From NCBI GenBank assembly GCA_027310305.1, contig DAIDBD010000007.1:217114-249113 (forward strand): a stretch of 32,000 bases of DNA. Reading direction: 5' to 3'. The position numbers and the translations under genes were made by a program. Within the stretch, counting starts at the first letter, position 1. The number at the start of each line of letters is the position of its first letter. The notes under the pieces were generated by a model that was not told the DNA's origin, ran no database searches, and saw only the letters and a program-made list of their open reading frames with translations. Shown piece by piece: positions 1 to 10,819 of the stretch. This stretch comes from Herminiimonas sp. (lineage in GTDB: Bacteria; Pseudomonadota; Gammaproteobacteria; Burkholderiales; Burkholderiaceae_D).

Positions 1-1776
1 CGACTGGTGGACGAACGAACGGACGAACTGAGACAGTCGAACGCGTTGCTGACCACGGAACTTGCCGCGCGCAAAGAAGTGGAACAGGCGCTGCTGCTGC
101 GCGAACGGGCGATCGAATCGAGCGCCAATGCAATCATCATTTCGAGCGCGCTGGGGCCGGATTATCCGATCATTTACGTCAATCCCGCCTTCGAGCGCAT
201 TACCGGCTACAAGGCGAGCGAAGCGATCGGGAAAAGTTGCCGCTTTCTGCGGGGCGGCGACCATGCGCAGGCAGGCCTTGAGGAAATTCGCGCCGCATTG
301 CGCGACCGGCGCGAAGGACGCGCGCTCTTGCGCAATTACCGCAAGGACGGCACGCTGTTCTGGAATGATCTGCACATATCGCCGGTCAGGAACGCCGATG
401 GCGAGGTCACCCATTTCGTCGCCGCGCAATACGACATCACGGAAATCAAGCGTTACCAGTCGGAACTGGAGGTGCAAGCCAATCGCGACACGCTGACCGG
501 GCTCGCCAATCGCAATCTCTTGAACGACCGCCTCAGAAAAGCGATCGCCCAAGCGGCCAGATATCGCAGCTCGATCTGGGTTCTCATATTCGACATCGAC
601 CGATTCAAACTGATCAACGACTCGCTCGGACAAAAGACCGGCGATGCGGTACTCAAAACGGTCGCCAGCAGGCTGAAATCCTCCGCGCGCGAAATCGATA
701 CGGTGGCGCGCTTCGGCGCCGATGAATTTGCGCTCGTTCTGCCGCAACAATCCAGCACCGACATGAGCGCGGAACTCGTGCAGCGGATCATGAATGCGGT
801 TTCGGAATACATCGTGATCGACGAACGGGAGCTGCATATCACCAGCAGCGTCGGCATCGCGGTTTATCCGGCCGACGGCGACAATGCCGAAGCGCTGCTG
901 ACGCATGCGGGCATTGCGATGTACCGGGCCAAGGACAGCGGCCGCAACACATTTCAGTTTTATCGTCCGGCAATGAACGAGCAGGCGCTCGATCGATTGC
1001 GCATTGAAAATGAATTGCACAGCGCCCTAGAACGCGGGGAATTTCTGTTGCATTACCAACCGCAGGTCGACCTTCGCACCGGTAACATTGTGGGAATGGA
1101 GGCATTGATACGCTGGCTGCATCCGACGCTGGGCATGATTGCTCCGTTGAATTTCATCGGCGTTGCGGAAGACACCGGCCTGATCGTACCGGTTGGCGAA
1201 TGGGTGATCCGCACCGCCTGCCTGCAAAACAAGCAATGGGAAGATGCGGGTCTGGGCAGGTTGCGCGTCGCGGTGAATTTATCCGCTCGCCAGTTTGCGC
1301 AGAACGATCTGGCAGCGATGATAGCTTCTGTGCTGCAAGAAACCGGCCTGGACGCAAGTTGTCTTGAGATCGAGCTCACCGAAAGCCTGATCATGACCGA
1401 TGTGCAGCAGGCGATCCTGACTCTTCAGCAGTTGAAGGATTTGGGCGTGCTGCTATCGATCGACGATTTCGGCACCGGCTATTCCAGCCTGTCGTACCTG
1501 AAACGCTTTCCGATCGACACCCTCAAGATCGACCAGGCTTTCGTGCGGGACATCACCAGCGACGCCGACGGCGCCGCGATCGTGAATGCGATCATTTCGC
1601 TGGCCCACAATCTGCGGCTCACCGTGATCGCCGAAGGGGTTGAAACCGCAGCGCAACTGGATTACTTGCGGCATCAGGGCTGTGATGAAATCCAGGGATA
1701 TTATTTCAGCCGCCCTGTTCCCTCCGATGCATTCGAAATGCTGCTGCGAAACCAGGCCGGATTGGGCGGTCGTTAG
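1..1776 (+). CDS. PAS-GGDEF-EAL signalling protein (c-di-GMP turnover); N-terminus runs off the window
   Basis: The frame is open to base 1. It has a PAS-like segment (IIYVNPAFERITGY, LRNYRKDGTLFWND). The GGDEF domain has a variant signature (RFGADEF). EAL motifs are present (EALIRW, EIELTE, DDFGTGYSS, KIDQAFV, EGVET). Confidence 0.9.
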   Translation, partial: RLVDERTDELRQSNALLTTELAARKEVEQALLLRERAIESSANAIIISSALGPDYPIIYVNPAFERITGYKASEAIGKSCRFLRGGDHAQAGLEEIRAALRDRREGRALLRNYRKDGTLFWNDLHISPVRNADGEVTHFVAAQYDITEIKRYQSELEVQANRDTLTGLANRNLLNDRLRKAIAQAARYRSSIWVLIFDIDRFKLINDSLGQKTGDAVLKTVASRLKSSAREIDTVARFGADEFALVLPQQSSTDMSAELVQRIMNAVSEYIVIDERELHITSSVGIAVYPADGDNAEALLTHAGIAMYRAKDSGRNTFQFYRPAMNEQALDRLRIENELHSALERGEFLLHYQPQVDLRTGNIVGMEALIRWLHPTLGMIAPLNFIGVAEDTGLIVPVGEWVIRTACLQNKQWEDAGLGRLRVAVNLSARQFAQNDLAAMIASVLQETGLDASCLEIELTESLIMTDVQQAILTLQQLKDLGVLLSIDDFGTGYSSLSYLKRFPIDTLKIDQAFVRDITSDADGAAIVNAIISLAHNLRLTVIAEGVETAAQLDYLRHQGCDEIQGYYFSRPVPSDAFEMLLRNQAGLGGR

Positions 1777-1870
1777 AGTGGTTTCCGTATGCGTGTATGG
1801 CCGCTGCCGGCTGCTTTGGGGCGCATCGCGGTGCGCGCTGCCATCCATCCGTTTCGTCCGGTTAAACCAT
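1772..1870. repeat. Intergenic repeat, copy 1 (GTTAGAGYGGTTTCCGTATGCGTGTATGG...), followed by a degenerate REP arm
   Basis: Bases 1772-1813 match 8567-8609 at 40 of 43 positions by eye. The repeat contains the TAG stop of the upstream gene. Confidence 0.75.
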
Positions 1871-1934
1871 TCCATTGCAAGTACGGCAAAGCGTCCTATA
1901 CTGAATCGTGATCAGGCCATTACAGGAGCCCGTC

Positions 1935-2435
1935 ATGAGACACCGTCTCTATTATCTTCTTCCGGATTTGGGCAGCGCCCGGCGCACGCTGGACGACATG
2001 CTGCTGAACCGGATCGAAGTGAAGTACATTCATTTTCTTACCGGCGGCGCGTCGCTTCCGCCCGACATGCCGGAAGCAAATATTTTCCATAAAACCGATG
2101 TGATCCATGGCGCCCAGGCCGGCATGATAATCGGCGCGATTCTCGGCATCGCACTGGGCGCGCTGATGATTTTCTATTACGGCACGCCGCAGGCAACCGT
2201 GCTCGTCACGGCCCTGATCGGCATTCTGTTCGGCGGGTGGGCGTCCAGCATGGCCGCAGCGGCATTGCCGAATTCACGGCTGAAAGCGTTTTATCCGGAA
2301 CTTGAACAAGGCAAATTGCTGATGATCGCGGACGTGCCCGCGCGCCGCGTCAAGCAAATTGAACAGTTGCTGGCGGAACGCCATCCCGAAATGCGGTTTT
2401 GCGGGGAAGATCCGAACGTTCCCGCTTTTCCGTAA
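1935..2435 (+). CDS. Hypothetical membrane protein (two central hydrophobic helices)
   Basis: ATG at 1935 is preceded by AGGAG (1924-1928). Hydrophobic stretches are GMIIGAILGIALGALMIFYY and VLVTALIGILFGGWASS. Confidence 0.7.
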   Translation: MRHRLYYLLPDLGSARRTLDDMLLNRIEVKYIHFLTGGASLPPDMPEANIFHKTDVIHGAQAGMIIGAILGIALGALMIFYYGTPQATVLVTALIGILFGGWASSMAAAALPNSRLKAFYPELEQGKLLMIADVPARRVKQIEQLLAERHPEMRFCGEDPNVPAFP

Positions 2436-2470
2436 TGGAAAATTGACGATATTTCTTTCCGGAGGTTGCC

Positions 2471-2974
2471 ATGGAACTTCATATGCATTCGCATCGATGG
2501 GCGCAGCGCATGCCGGACTGGCCCGCGGCAGCGGTTGCCGGGTTTGCCGCCGGCGCGATCTTGATGGTGCTGGAACTGTTCTGGTCCACGCTGATCGCGG
2601 ACGCCAGTCCGTGGGTTGTCTCGCACAAGATCGCCGCCATCGCGATGGGACCGGCCGCGCTGCAATTGACCGACTTCAGCTTCAACCTTGGCGTAATAGC
2701 CGCCGCACTCGTCACGCACTATGTTCTGGGCATCGTGCTTGGCCTCGTGCTAGCCGCCGTCATCGCACCGTTCCATCTCGATTCGAGCCTGGGCATGGTG
2801 TTGTTGACCGGCGCGGTATTCGGCCTGGCAATTTATCTGCTGAATTTTTACGGCATGATCCGCTTCTTTCCATGGTTTGCCGATATGCGCGGCTGGGCCA
2901 CCCTGGCAGCGCATTTGATCTTCGGCATGGCCGCGGCAGCCATGTACTGGAACTTTGAACGGGTCGATAGATAA
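2471..2974 (+). CDS. Hypothetical integral membrane protein (about 4 TM)
   Basis: ATG is preceded by GGAGG. There are four long hydrophobic segments. No family recognised. Confidence 0.65.
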   Translation: MELHMHSHRWAQRMPDWPAAAVAGFAAGAILMVLELFWSTLIADASPWVVSHKIAAIAMGPAALQLTDFSFNLGVIAAALVTHYVLGIVLGLVLAAVIAPFHLDSSLGMVLLTGAVFGLAIYLLNFYGMIRFFPWFADMRGWATLAAHLIFGMAAAAMYWNFERVDR

Positions 2975-3166
2975 TGCCGCGTGCAACGGCTTTTCTTTTT
3001 GCATGGTCTTGATGACGCAGCATTGCGCCATTTATTTTCCTGTGCCAGACTTCCATCGACAACCCGCAAATGACTGCTGCGGCAAGCAATTGATTCCGCA
3101 TCGTCATCCTGCTCAAGACTTACGCAGATGATCAATGATGCATCTGATTTTCCGGTATGCAACGAA

Positions 3167-3290
3167 CCGTTCGTCCTGAGTAGCGCAGCGTATCGAAGGT
3201 TCCGCAGCCCCTTCGACAAGCTCAGGACAGGCCCTTCGACAAGCTCAGGGCATGCTTCGATACGCCCTGCGGGTTACTCAGGTCGAACGG
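3167..3290. repeat. REP-type palindromic element with an internal tandem 18-mer
   Basis: CCGTTCGTCCTGAGTAG (3167-3183) pairs with TTACTCAGGTCGAACGG (3274-3290). CCCTTCGACAAGCTCAGG occurs twice (3209-3226, 3232-3249). Same family as 8645-8737. Confidence 0.8.
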
Positions 3291-3634
3291 ACTTTAGATA
3301 GCAATAGCACCGTTTCGATCGGCGCTGAATAGTTACCATCTCGGGTATGTTTTGCGTAAGTCATCCTGCTGTCATTCCTGGATGTTTTTATTCAGGCTTC
3401 GCGCGGACATCATCATGGGCATGCGATTAAAAAATGGCTCGGTTCGAGACCTGGCCATTGAACTGTCGGGTTACCCGCGATCTGTTGCGTTACACAGGAA
3501 TTTTGCATGCAATAGCCGAATAGCAAATAAATAACATGCAAAGACGAATAGGAGTATGGTGCTCCTACGTCCTCGCTCCGTATCCGCCGTTTCGAAAAAA
3601 TCAAGCACATCCAGCAGGCCGCTCAATTTTTCTT

Positions 3635-5047
3635 ATGACTGATGAAAATCACCCGAAGGCTGTTCATACGCCATCTGACTTAAACGATGTTGAGAAGTCG
3701 AGCCTGCATTTTCAGGAAGCAATAGACCTTCAGCACAAGATAGCCGGTCTTCTGACGCAGGTGGATCAGCAGGCAGCGCAACTGCGGGACAGGATAGCCT
3801 ATCTTCTGGAGCAGGAAGAGTCGCTTCGCAGAGTAACGAAAAGCATGGGTTCTCTCGAAAACCTTGTCGTGCAATTGCGCGAGGCAAACCAGAACCTGGT
3901 AATCGCGACGTTCGGCGCGCAGGATTTGCAGGCCAAAGCCGAGGCGGCTCATCACCGGCAGGAAGAGTTTCTGTCAATGCTGGCGCATGAGTTGCGCAAC
4001 CCGCTCGCGCCGATCTCGCTGGCTGCCGAATTGCTTGAAAATATTGCGGCCGCGCATCCGCTTTTACCGAAGATTCATGGAATCATCGGACGCCAGGTAA
4101 GCCATTTGACGCATCTGGTGGATGACCTGGTTGACGCGTCGCGCGTCAATAGCGGGAAGATCACGCTTCAGAAGCGCAAGCTGCTGCTGTCGGAAATTAT
4201 TGACAGCGCCGTTGAAACGAGCAAGCCATTCATCGACAAGCGCGACCAGCATTTGATGATCGATCTGCCGGTTGATCCTGTCGTGATTGACGGCGATCTG
4301 GTAAGACTCGCGCAGGTATTTTCAAATTTGCTGATCAATGCAACCAAATTCACGCCGGAACGCGGACACATTACCGTTTCGGCGCATCAGCTTGCGAATG
4401 CCGTTGTCGTGTCGGTAAAAGACGACGGCGTGGGAATTGCGCGGGATATCCAGCCATTCATTTTCGATCTGTTCACGCAAGGCCCCCGTTCGCTGGATCG
4501 TTCGCAAGGAGGACTCGGCATCGGATTGTCGCTGGTACGCACCATTGCGGAGATGCACGGCGGCACCGCCTATGTCGAAAGCGGCGGGGCCGGTTTGGGC
4601 AGTGAATTTACAGTGCAACTGCCGATTTCCATTGAATCTCTGCCGCGCGACAACAGATCGACCGCGCAATCATCTCGGTCCCGCCCTCGCCGGGTATTGC
4701 TGATCGAGGACAATGCCGATGCAAATGAAATATTGAACAACCTGCTGGCGCTGGAAGGCCATACAATGACGTCCGCATTTGATGGCACGACCGGGCTCGC
4801 GATGGCAAAGGAAAACAATTATGACGTCATTGTTTGCGATATCGGATTGCCTGGCTTGAACGGTTATGAAGTAGTAAAACAGTTGCGTCACGATCCATTG
4901 AAACCCGTGCCCTATTTGATCGCCATGACCGGCTACAATCAGCTGGAACACCGGAACCATGCGATGGATGCGGGGTTCGATCATTACCTGGTGAAGCCGG
5001 TTGCGATGGATATATTGAAGGATCTTATTTCATCAAGTGTCACGTAG
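3635..5047 (+). CDS. Hybrid sensor histidine kinase (coiled coil - HisKA - HATPase_c - REC), no TM or recognisable sensor domain
   Basis: H-box SMLAHELRNPLAP, N-box NLLINATKFT, G1 VKDDGVGI, G2 GGLGIGLSLV. The C-terminal receiver is RVLLIEDNADANE...VIVCDIGLPGLNGYE...KP. Start chosen at MTDENH (3635); the ORF opens at 3536. Confidence 0.9.
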   Translation: MTDENHPKAVHTPSDLNDVEKSSLHFQEAIDLQHKIAGLLTQVDQQAAQLRDRIAYLLEQEESLRRVTKSMGSLENLVVQLREANQNLVIATFGAQDLQAKAEAAHHRQEEFLSMLAHELRNPLAPISLAAELLENIAAAHPLLPKIHGIIGRQVSHLTHLVDDLVDASRVNSGKITLQKRKLLLSEIIDSAVETSKPFIDKRDQHLMIDLPVDPVVIDGDLVRLAQVFSNLLINATKFTPERGHITVSAHQLANAVVVSVKDDGVGIARDIQPFIFDLFTQGPRSLDRSQGGLGIGLSLVRTIAEMHGGTAYVESGGAGLGSEFTVQLPISIESLPRDNRSTAQSSRSRPRRVLLIEDNADANEILNNLLALEGHTMTSAFDGTTGLAMAKENNYDVIVCDIGLPGLNGYEVVKQLRHDPLKPVPYLIAMTGYNQLEHRNHAMDAGFDHYLVKPVAMDILKDLISSSVT

Positions 5048-5088
5048 GCTTGCATTATTGTCGTTGTACTGCGATCACAAATTAATTT

Positions 5089-5505
5089 ATGGCATCAACC
5101 GACACTTTACGACATCAAATGATACGAAGGGCCGTCATGCAACGGCCCGATGCAATTCTGGAAGTCACCCTCCATCTTTGGGAGCGACTGGCTGCAGAAC
5201 TCATTTCCATCATTGGCGAGGGCGGTTTCCAGTCGCTCTATTCAAGAAGCGTGCATCTTGCCGGCGTGGCGTTTCCGTGGCTGGCGCCCACCCATTCGAC
5301 GCAACTGACCGAGTCCCGGTTCACCGGTTTAATAATGAGTCTTGAAGGGCGGGATTCCGCGGAAGCCGGTGAAGCCAGCATTGCTTTGCTGATCACCTTC
5401 ATCGATATACTGGCCATGTTGATCGGCGATCTCCTGACGGCAGGCATTCTGCGTACGGCCTGGGGTGATGACGCTTTGGATACAGCTGCAAAGGAGCTTC
5501 AATAA
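5089..5505 (+). CDS. Small hypothetical protein between the kinase and the KaiC-like gene
   Basis: Its stop overlaps the next start (TAATG at 5503-5507). An alternative start at 5137 has a better SD (GAAGGG). No family recognised. Confidence 0.55.
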   Translation: MASTDTLRHQMIRRAVMQRPDAILEVTLHLWERLAAELISIIGEGGFQSLYSRSVHLAGVAFPWLAPTHSTQLTESRFTGLIMSLEGRDSAEAGEASIALLITFIDILAMLIGDLLTAGILRTAWGDDALDTAAKELQ

Positions 5506-6968
5506 TGAGTAACAAGGTAACCATACGCCGCCTTAAAACGGGCGTACTTGGCCTGGACGTTCTGCTGGGCGGAGGCCTTCCTGAATTTTCGTTCAACCTG
5601 CTTGCAGGCACGCCGGGAAGCGGCAAGACCACGCTGGCGCACCAGATCATGTTTTCGCTGGCCAATCCGGATTACCGGGCGCTGTTCTTCACCGTGCTGG
5701 GCGAACCGCCGCTGAAGATGCTGCGCTATCAACAGCAGTTTCCATTCTTCGACTTCGATAAAGTCAAGCATTCGATCAAGTTCGTCAACCTCGCCACCGA
5801 CCTGCTGGACGGCGATTACGACCGCGTACTGACGCGCATCGCAGATGAAGTACAAAAATTCTCGCCGAGCCTGGTATTCGTCGATTCGTTCCGGTCGGTC
5901 GTGCAGTCGGCAAAATCGACCGATCCGCAAGTATCCGGCCTGCAGCATTTCGTGCAGCAACTCGGCATGCAAATGTCTAGCTGGCAGGCGACCACCTTTT
6001 TGATCGGCGAATATCTGGCGCCCGAAGCGGAATCCAGCCCGGTCTTCACAGTAGCAGACGGCATCCTGTGGTTGTCTCAGCATGTGTACCGCGATGCAAT
6101 GGTGCGCCAGATACAAGTCGTCAAGATGCGCGGCCAGGCTCAGCGGTCTGGCGTGCACACGTTTCGCATCGGCAATGACGGCGTGGAGATTTTTCCGCGC
6201 GCGATTCTCGAACCCGACACCACTGCAAACCATCACATAACCGGGGATAAGCGGCTGTCGATGGGCGTTCCTGCACTGGACGACATGTTGGGCGGCGGCT
6301 TGCCGGTTGCCTATTCCATGCTGCTGGTAGGCCCGTCCGGTTCGGGGAAAACCGTGCTGGCGACAGCGTTTTTGGCGGAAGGCGCGCGGTTAGGCGAACC
6401 GGGCGTGATTGCGGCATTTGAAAAAAGCCCCAATCAATTGCTTAGTCAAAAGCTGAACAAGCTGGTCAAAAGCGGACAGGTCGGCTTGATCGATACGCGC
6501 TCGCTTGATTTGTCGATCGACGAAACCTTGCACAATCTGGTCGAAACGATCAAGCGCACGAAGGCAAAGCGCGTGGTGATCGATTCGCTGTCCGGATTCG
6601 AGCTGGCGCTGGCGCCGGTGTTTCGCGAAAACTTCCGCGAATCGCTGTACCGGCTGGTAGCGGCGCTGACGGGCATGGGCGTGACGGTATTGATGACGGC
6701 GGAACTGGAAGACCGCTACACCGATTTGCGATTCAGTTCGTACGGCAATGCATTTCTTGCGGATTCCATTATCGTGCAGCGCTATATCGAAATCGCCGGG
6801 CAATTCAGACGCGTGCTCTCGGTCGTGAAAGTACGCGGCAGTGCGCACAGCAAGGATATCCGGTTCTTCGACATTGCTCACGATACCTTGACGATCGGCG
6901 AACCGCTAACGGACTATCAGGGTATCTTGTCCGGCCAGCCGGCCCGCATCTTGCCGCCAGGCGCGTGA
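5505..6968 (+). CDS. KaiC-like tandem RecA-superfamily ATPase
   Basis: There are two RecA-like halves. The first has Walker A GTPGSGKTT and Walker B LVFVDSF. The second has GPSGSGKTV and RVVIDSL. VKMRG and VKVRGS motifs are typical of KaiC/RadA-like proteins. Confidence 0.85.
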   Translation: MSNKVTIRRLKTGVLGLDVLLGGGLPEFSFNLLAGTPGSGKTTLAHQIMFSLANPDYRALFFTVLGEPPLKMLRYQQQFPFFDFDKVKHSIKFVNLATDLLDGDYDRVLTRIADEVQKFSPSLVFVDSFRSVVQSAKSTDPQVSGLQHFVQQLGMQMSSWQATTFLIGEYLAPEAESSPVFTVADGILWLSQHVYRDAMVRQIQVVKMRGQAQRSGVHTFRIGNDGVEIFPRAILEPDTTANHHITGDKRLSMGVPALDDMLGGGLPVAYSMLLVGPSGSGKTVLATAFLAEGARLGEPGVIAAFEKSPNQLLSQKLNKLVKSGQVGLIDTRSLDLSIDETLHNLVETIKRTKAKRVVIDSLSGFELALAPVFRENFRESLYRLVAALTGMGVTVLMTAELEDRYTDLRFSSYGNAFLADSIIVQRYIEIAGQFRRVLSVVKVRGSAHSKDIRFFDIAHDTLTIGEPLTDYQGILSGQPARILPPGA

Positions 6969-7440
6969 TGACCGAATGCCTATTCCGCCTTGTTCAACAC
7001 CGCAACCTTTCAAAAAATCATCTTGAGTACACCTGATATCACCAGAAGGCCACTCAAAAAATGATGCCGATAATCCACAAGAGTATTTTCATTTTTGTTC
7101 CGCTCGGAAAGCTGAAGCAGGTTTGATGTACGCGAACGAACGCGGCGCTGCGCGTTTCACTTACCAAAAAGAACACTTTAAAATTTAAACATTCCGTGCA
7201 TTCAACTGCCGTTCCCGCGTCAGCAATGCGGGCGATTTCCATTGCTGGCAACCAAGCCTTGATGGTCCAGATTCAAACCGGATGGCACGCCTCCGAAATG
7301 CCCGGATTACATCGTAAAAATGAAATATTATCGGTTAGAAAACTATTTAAATTATTGCTTCAACCCTTTAATAATGTTGAAAATTTGCAGTGTTTTGCTA
7401 CACTGCAATGCTCGTCGCAACGTTATTCAAGGAACCGCAA

Positions 7441-8571
7441 ATGATTCGGGCCGTACTCGGGGTACTCTTTTCGTTGCTGTTCATTGTTTTCTTCGCCCCG
7501 CCAGCGCTTGCCAAAGACTCATCAGCTGCTGCCTCCTCCAAAAAACAATCCGCAAAAAAATCCGCCGGTTCCAGGCGTAGGGCGAAAAGCGCCATCAGCA
7601 TCAAGAAACGGCGCGTAGCGGTCAAAAAAACAAAACCGTCTGCGCGTTCGCATGGAAAACTGGTCAAGAAAGTGATTGTCGTGCGCGGCAAGCCCAAGGT
7701 GGTTTATCGGCGCGTGGCGCGCGCACCGGTCATTCGCGCCGCGCGTCCGGTATTGAGCGCGGGCGACAGGGCCGGCCTGAACCATACCGACGATCCGCTT
7801 AACCTGCGCTCGAATGCCGCGCTGGTATTGGATCAGTCCAGTTCCAAGGTACTGTTTGAAAAAAATTCGGATGTGCCGCTCCCGATCGCGTCCCTTTCAA
7901 AACTGATGACCAGTCTTGTGGTCGTGGAGGCGCATCAGGACATGGATGAAGTCCTCACGGTGACCGAAGACGACATCGACCACTTGAAACATACTCATTC
8001 GCGGCTGCCCATCGGTGCGCGATTGACGCGCGCCAAAATGCTGCACATCGCCCTGATGAGTTCGGAAAATCGCGCGGCATCGGCTCTGGGCCGTAACTAT
8101 CCCGGCGGGTTGCCTGCTTTCGTTGCCGCCATGAATGCCAAGGCGAAAGCGCTCGGCATGATGGACACGCATTACGTCGAACCGACCGGGCTTTCGAGCC
8201 AGAATGTGTCGAGCGCCAGCGACCTTGCCAAGCTGGTGATCGCCGCCCACGAGCATCCGATCATTCGCGAATACACGACCAATACCGACTATCAGGTCGA
8301 TACCGGCGGACCGGTGCTGCAATACCGGAATTCAAACCGGCTGATCGCCAATCCGACGTGGGAAATCGGCCTGCAAAAGACCGGTTACATTATCGAAGCC
8401 GGACGCTGCATGGTCATGCAAGCCATCATCGAGGGACGTTCGATCGTGATGATCTTCCTGGATTCGAAAGGGAAATATTCACGCGGCGCGGATGCCGGCA
8501 GCATTCGCAAATGGCTGGAGGAAGTCAAGATGCCTGCGATGTTGCGCACGGCCAGCGCGGCGCAAGGTTAG
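7441..8571 (+). CDS. pbpG: D-alanyl-D-alanine endopeptidase / serine-type PBP (peptidase S11, PBP7-like) with a Lys/Arg-rich N-terminal extension
   Basis: Signal peptide MIRAVLGVLFSLLFIVFFAPPALA. Motifs SxxK (SLSKLM), SxN (SSEN) and KTG (KTGYI). SD AAGGA lies before the ATG at 7441. Confidence 0.85.
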   Translation: MIRAVLGVLFSLLFIVFFAPPALAKDSSAAASSKKQSAKKSAGSRRRAKSAISIKKRRVAVKKTKPSARSHGKLVKKVIVVRGKPKVVYRRVARAPVIRAARPVLSAGDRAGLNHTDDPLNLRSNAALVLDQSSSKVLFEKNSDVPLPIASLSKLMTSLVVVEAHQDMDEVLTVTEDDIDHLKHTHSRLPIGARLTRAKMLHIALMSSENRAASALGRNYPGGLPAFVAAMNAKAKALGMMDTHYVEPTGLSSQNVSSASDLAKLVIAAHEHPIIREYTTNTDYQVDTGGPVLQYRNSNRLIANPTWEIGLQKTGYIIEAGRCMVMQAIIEGRSIVMIFLDSKGKYSRGADAGSIRKWLEEVKMPAMLRTASAAQG

Positions 8572-8737
8572 AGCGGTTTCCGTATGCGTGTATGGGCGCT
8601 GCCGGCCGCAATGATGTGCCTTATTTGCTGGCACACACACCGATCCGTTCGCCCTGAGTAGGCCGAAGGCCGTATCGAAGGGTCTCCGGGCGCAACCAAC
8701 CCTTCGATACGGCCTTCGGCTTACTCAGGACGAACGG
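8567..8737. repeat. Intergenic repeat, copy 2, plus a complete REP palindrome
   Basis: Bases 8567-8609 match 1772-1813. The inverted arms 8645-8682 and 8700-8737 (CCGTTCGCCCTGAGTAGGCCGAAGGCCGTATCGAAGGG and its complement) form a long hairpin. The repeat contains the pbpG TAG stop. Confidence 0.85.
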
Positions 8738-8966
8738 CAATCACGGTTAACCTCAATAAATATGCGCATCTTCATGCAATCGCCCTGTGTAGCGCATCCA
8801 TCGATTTGACCTTGGCATTTCATCCAAATAAACTGTATGTGTCTGCGGCGTTGTCCGCTGCTTGCCTCTCGCAAGAAAACCATTTTCAGACCTGCCGCAT
8901 CCATTTCCCGGTTTGTCTTGAGCAGATGCCGGGTTCGCTATTGGTCAATGATCCAGGAGAACACAG

Positions 8967-9755
8967 ATGAAAAAGATATTCGGATGGCTGGCTGTCGCAG
9001 TTTTTCTGATTGCCGCGGCAACCGCCTTCTATCTCTGGCGGCAAAATTCGGCGCCTGTGCTGCAATCGCTGAACCCTGTCGAAACGCCGCCGCCCCCTGT
9101 CGCGCAAGCGGAGGCGCCCGCACATTATCCGGTTCCCGACAATGAAAGTGCGCAGCCTCTGCCGGAACTGAGCGAGAGCGATCCGGCGGTGCGGGATGCG
9201 CTCTTCGATTTTCTAGGCAGCGAATGGGTCAGCAAATATTTCCGGCTGCAGGAAATCGTCAGGAATATCGTCGTCACGGTCGATAACCTGCCGCGCAAGA
9301 CGGCTGCGATGCGGCTGTTTCCCGTCAAGCCGGTCGGCGGCGCGTTCATCACGACAATGATTGAAGGCGGCCCGGTCATCGCCCCGGATAATGCGAAACG
9401 CTACGAACCGTACGTGCGGATCGCCGAAATGGTCGATGCGAAAAAACTGGTCGACGCATATGTCCACCTTTATCCGCTGTTCCAGCGCGCGTATCAGGAT
9501 CTGGGATATCCGAACGGATACTTCAACGATCGGCTGATCGCGGTAATCGATCACCTGCTTGCAAGTCCGGAAGTTTACGGGCCCATCGCGCTGGTGCAGC
9601 CTCACGTTCAGTATCGGTTTGCCGATCCGGAACTGGAAGCGGCTTCCGCAGGCAACAAGATCATGCTGCGGCTGGGCGTGGACAATGCGAAGAAGGTCAA
9701 AACCAAGCTGCGGGAAATTCGCCGCGAACTGACCGGCCAGGTATTGAAAAAATAA
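8967..9755 (+). CDS. DUF3014-like membrane-anchored protein
   Basis: SD AGGAGA. N-terminal TM anchor (WLAVAVFLIAAATAFYLW) followed by a soluble domain. The DUF3014 assignment is from memory of that family's architecture. Confidence 0.6.
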   Translation: MKKIFGWLAVAVFLIAAATAFYLWRQNSAPVLQSLNPVETPPPPVAQAEAPAHYPVPDNESAQPLPELSESDPAVRDALFDFLGSEWVSKYFRLQEIVRNIVVTVDNLPRKTAAMRLFPVKPVGGAFITTMIEGGPVIAPDNAKRYEPYVRIAEMVDAKKLVDAYVHLYPLFQRAYQDLGYPNGYFNDRLIAVIDHLLASPEVYGPIALVQPHVQYRFADPELEAASAGNKIMLRLGVDNAKKVKTKLREIRRELTGQVLKK

Positions 9756-9805
9756 TTGCCGGGCAGTCGTTGCGGCGGTTTCAACCTTGCGGCATGAAAA
9801 TTCAT

Positions 9806-10819
<1,014 letters not shown>

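Noticed and set aside
5499-6236. A 245-aa minus-strand ORF inside the KaiC-like gene
   Set aside because: It is antisense to a gene with clear Walker motifs. No features of its own.
5505-6968. Calling the ATPase a bona fide circadian KaiC
   Set aside because: No kaiA or kaiB lies nearby. By eye the catalytic EE pairs and the S/T phosphosites are not conserved. Only a KaiC-like call is justified.
7054-7251. A 65-aa minus-strand ORF, with a 12-codon MKILLWIIGIIF mini-ORF at its end
   Set aside because: It lies in the AT-rich promoter region upstream of pbpG. It has no SD and no family, and the mini-ORF is too short to support.
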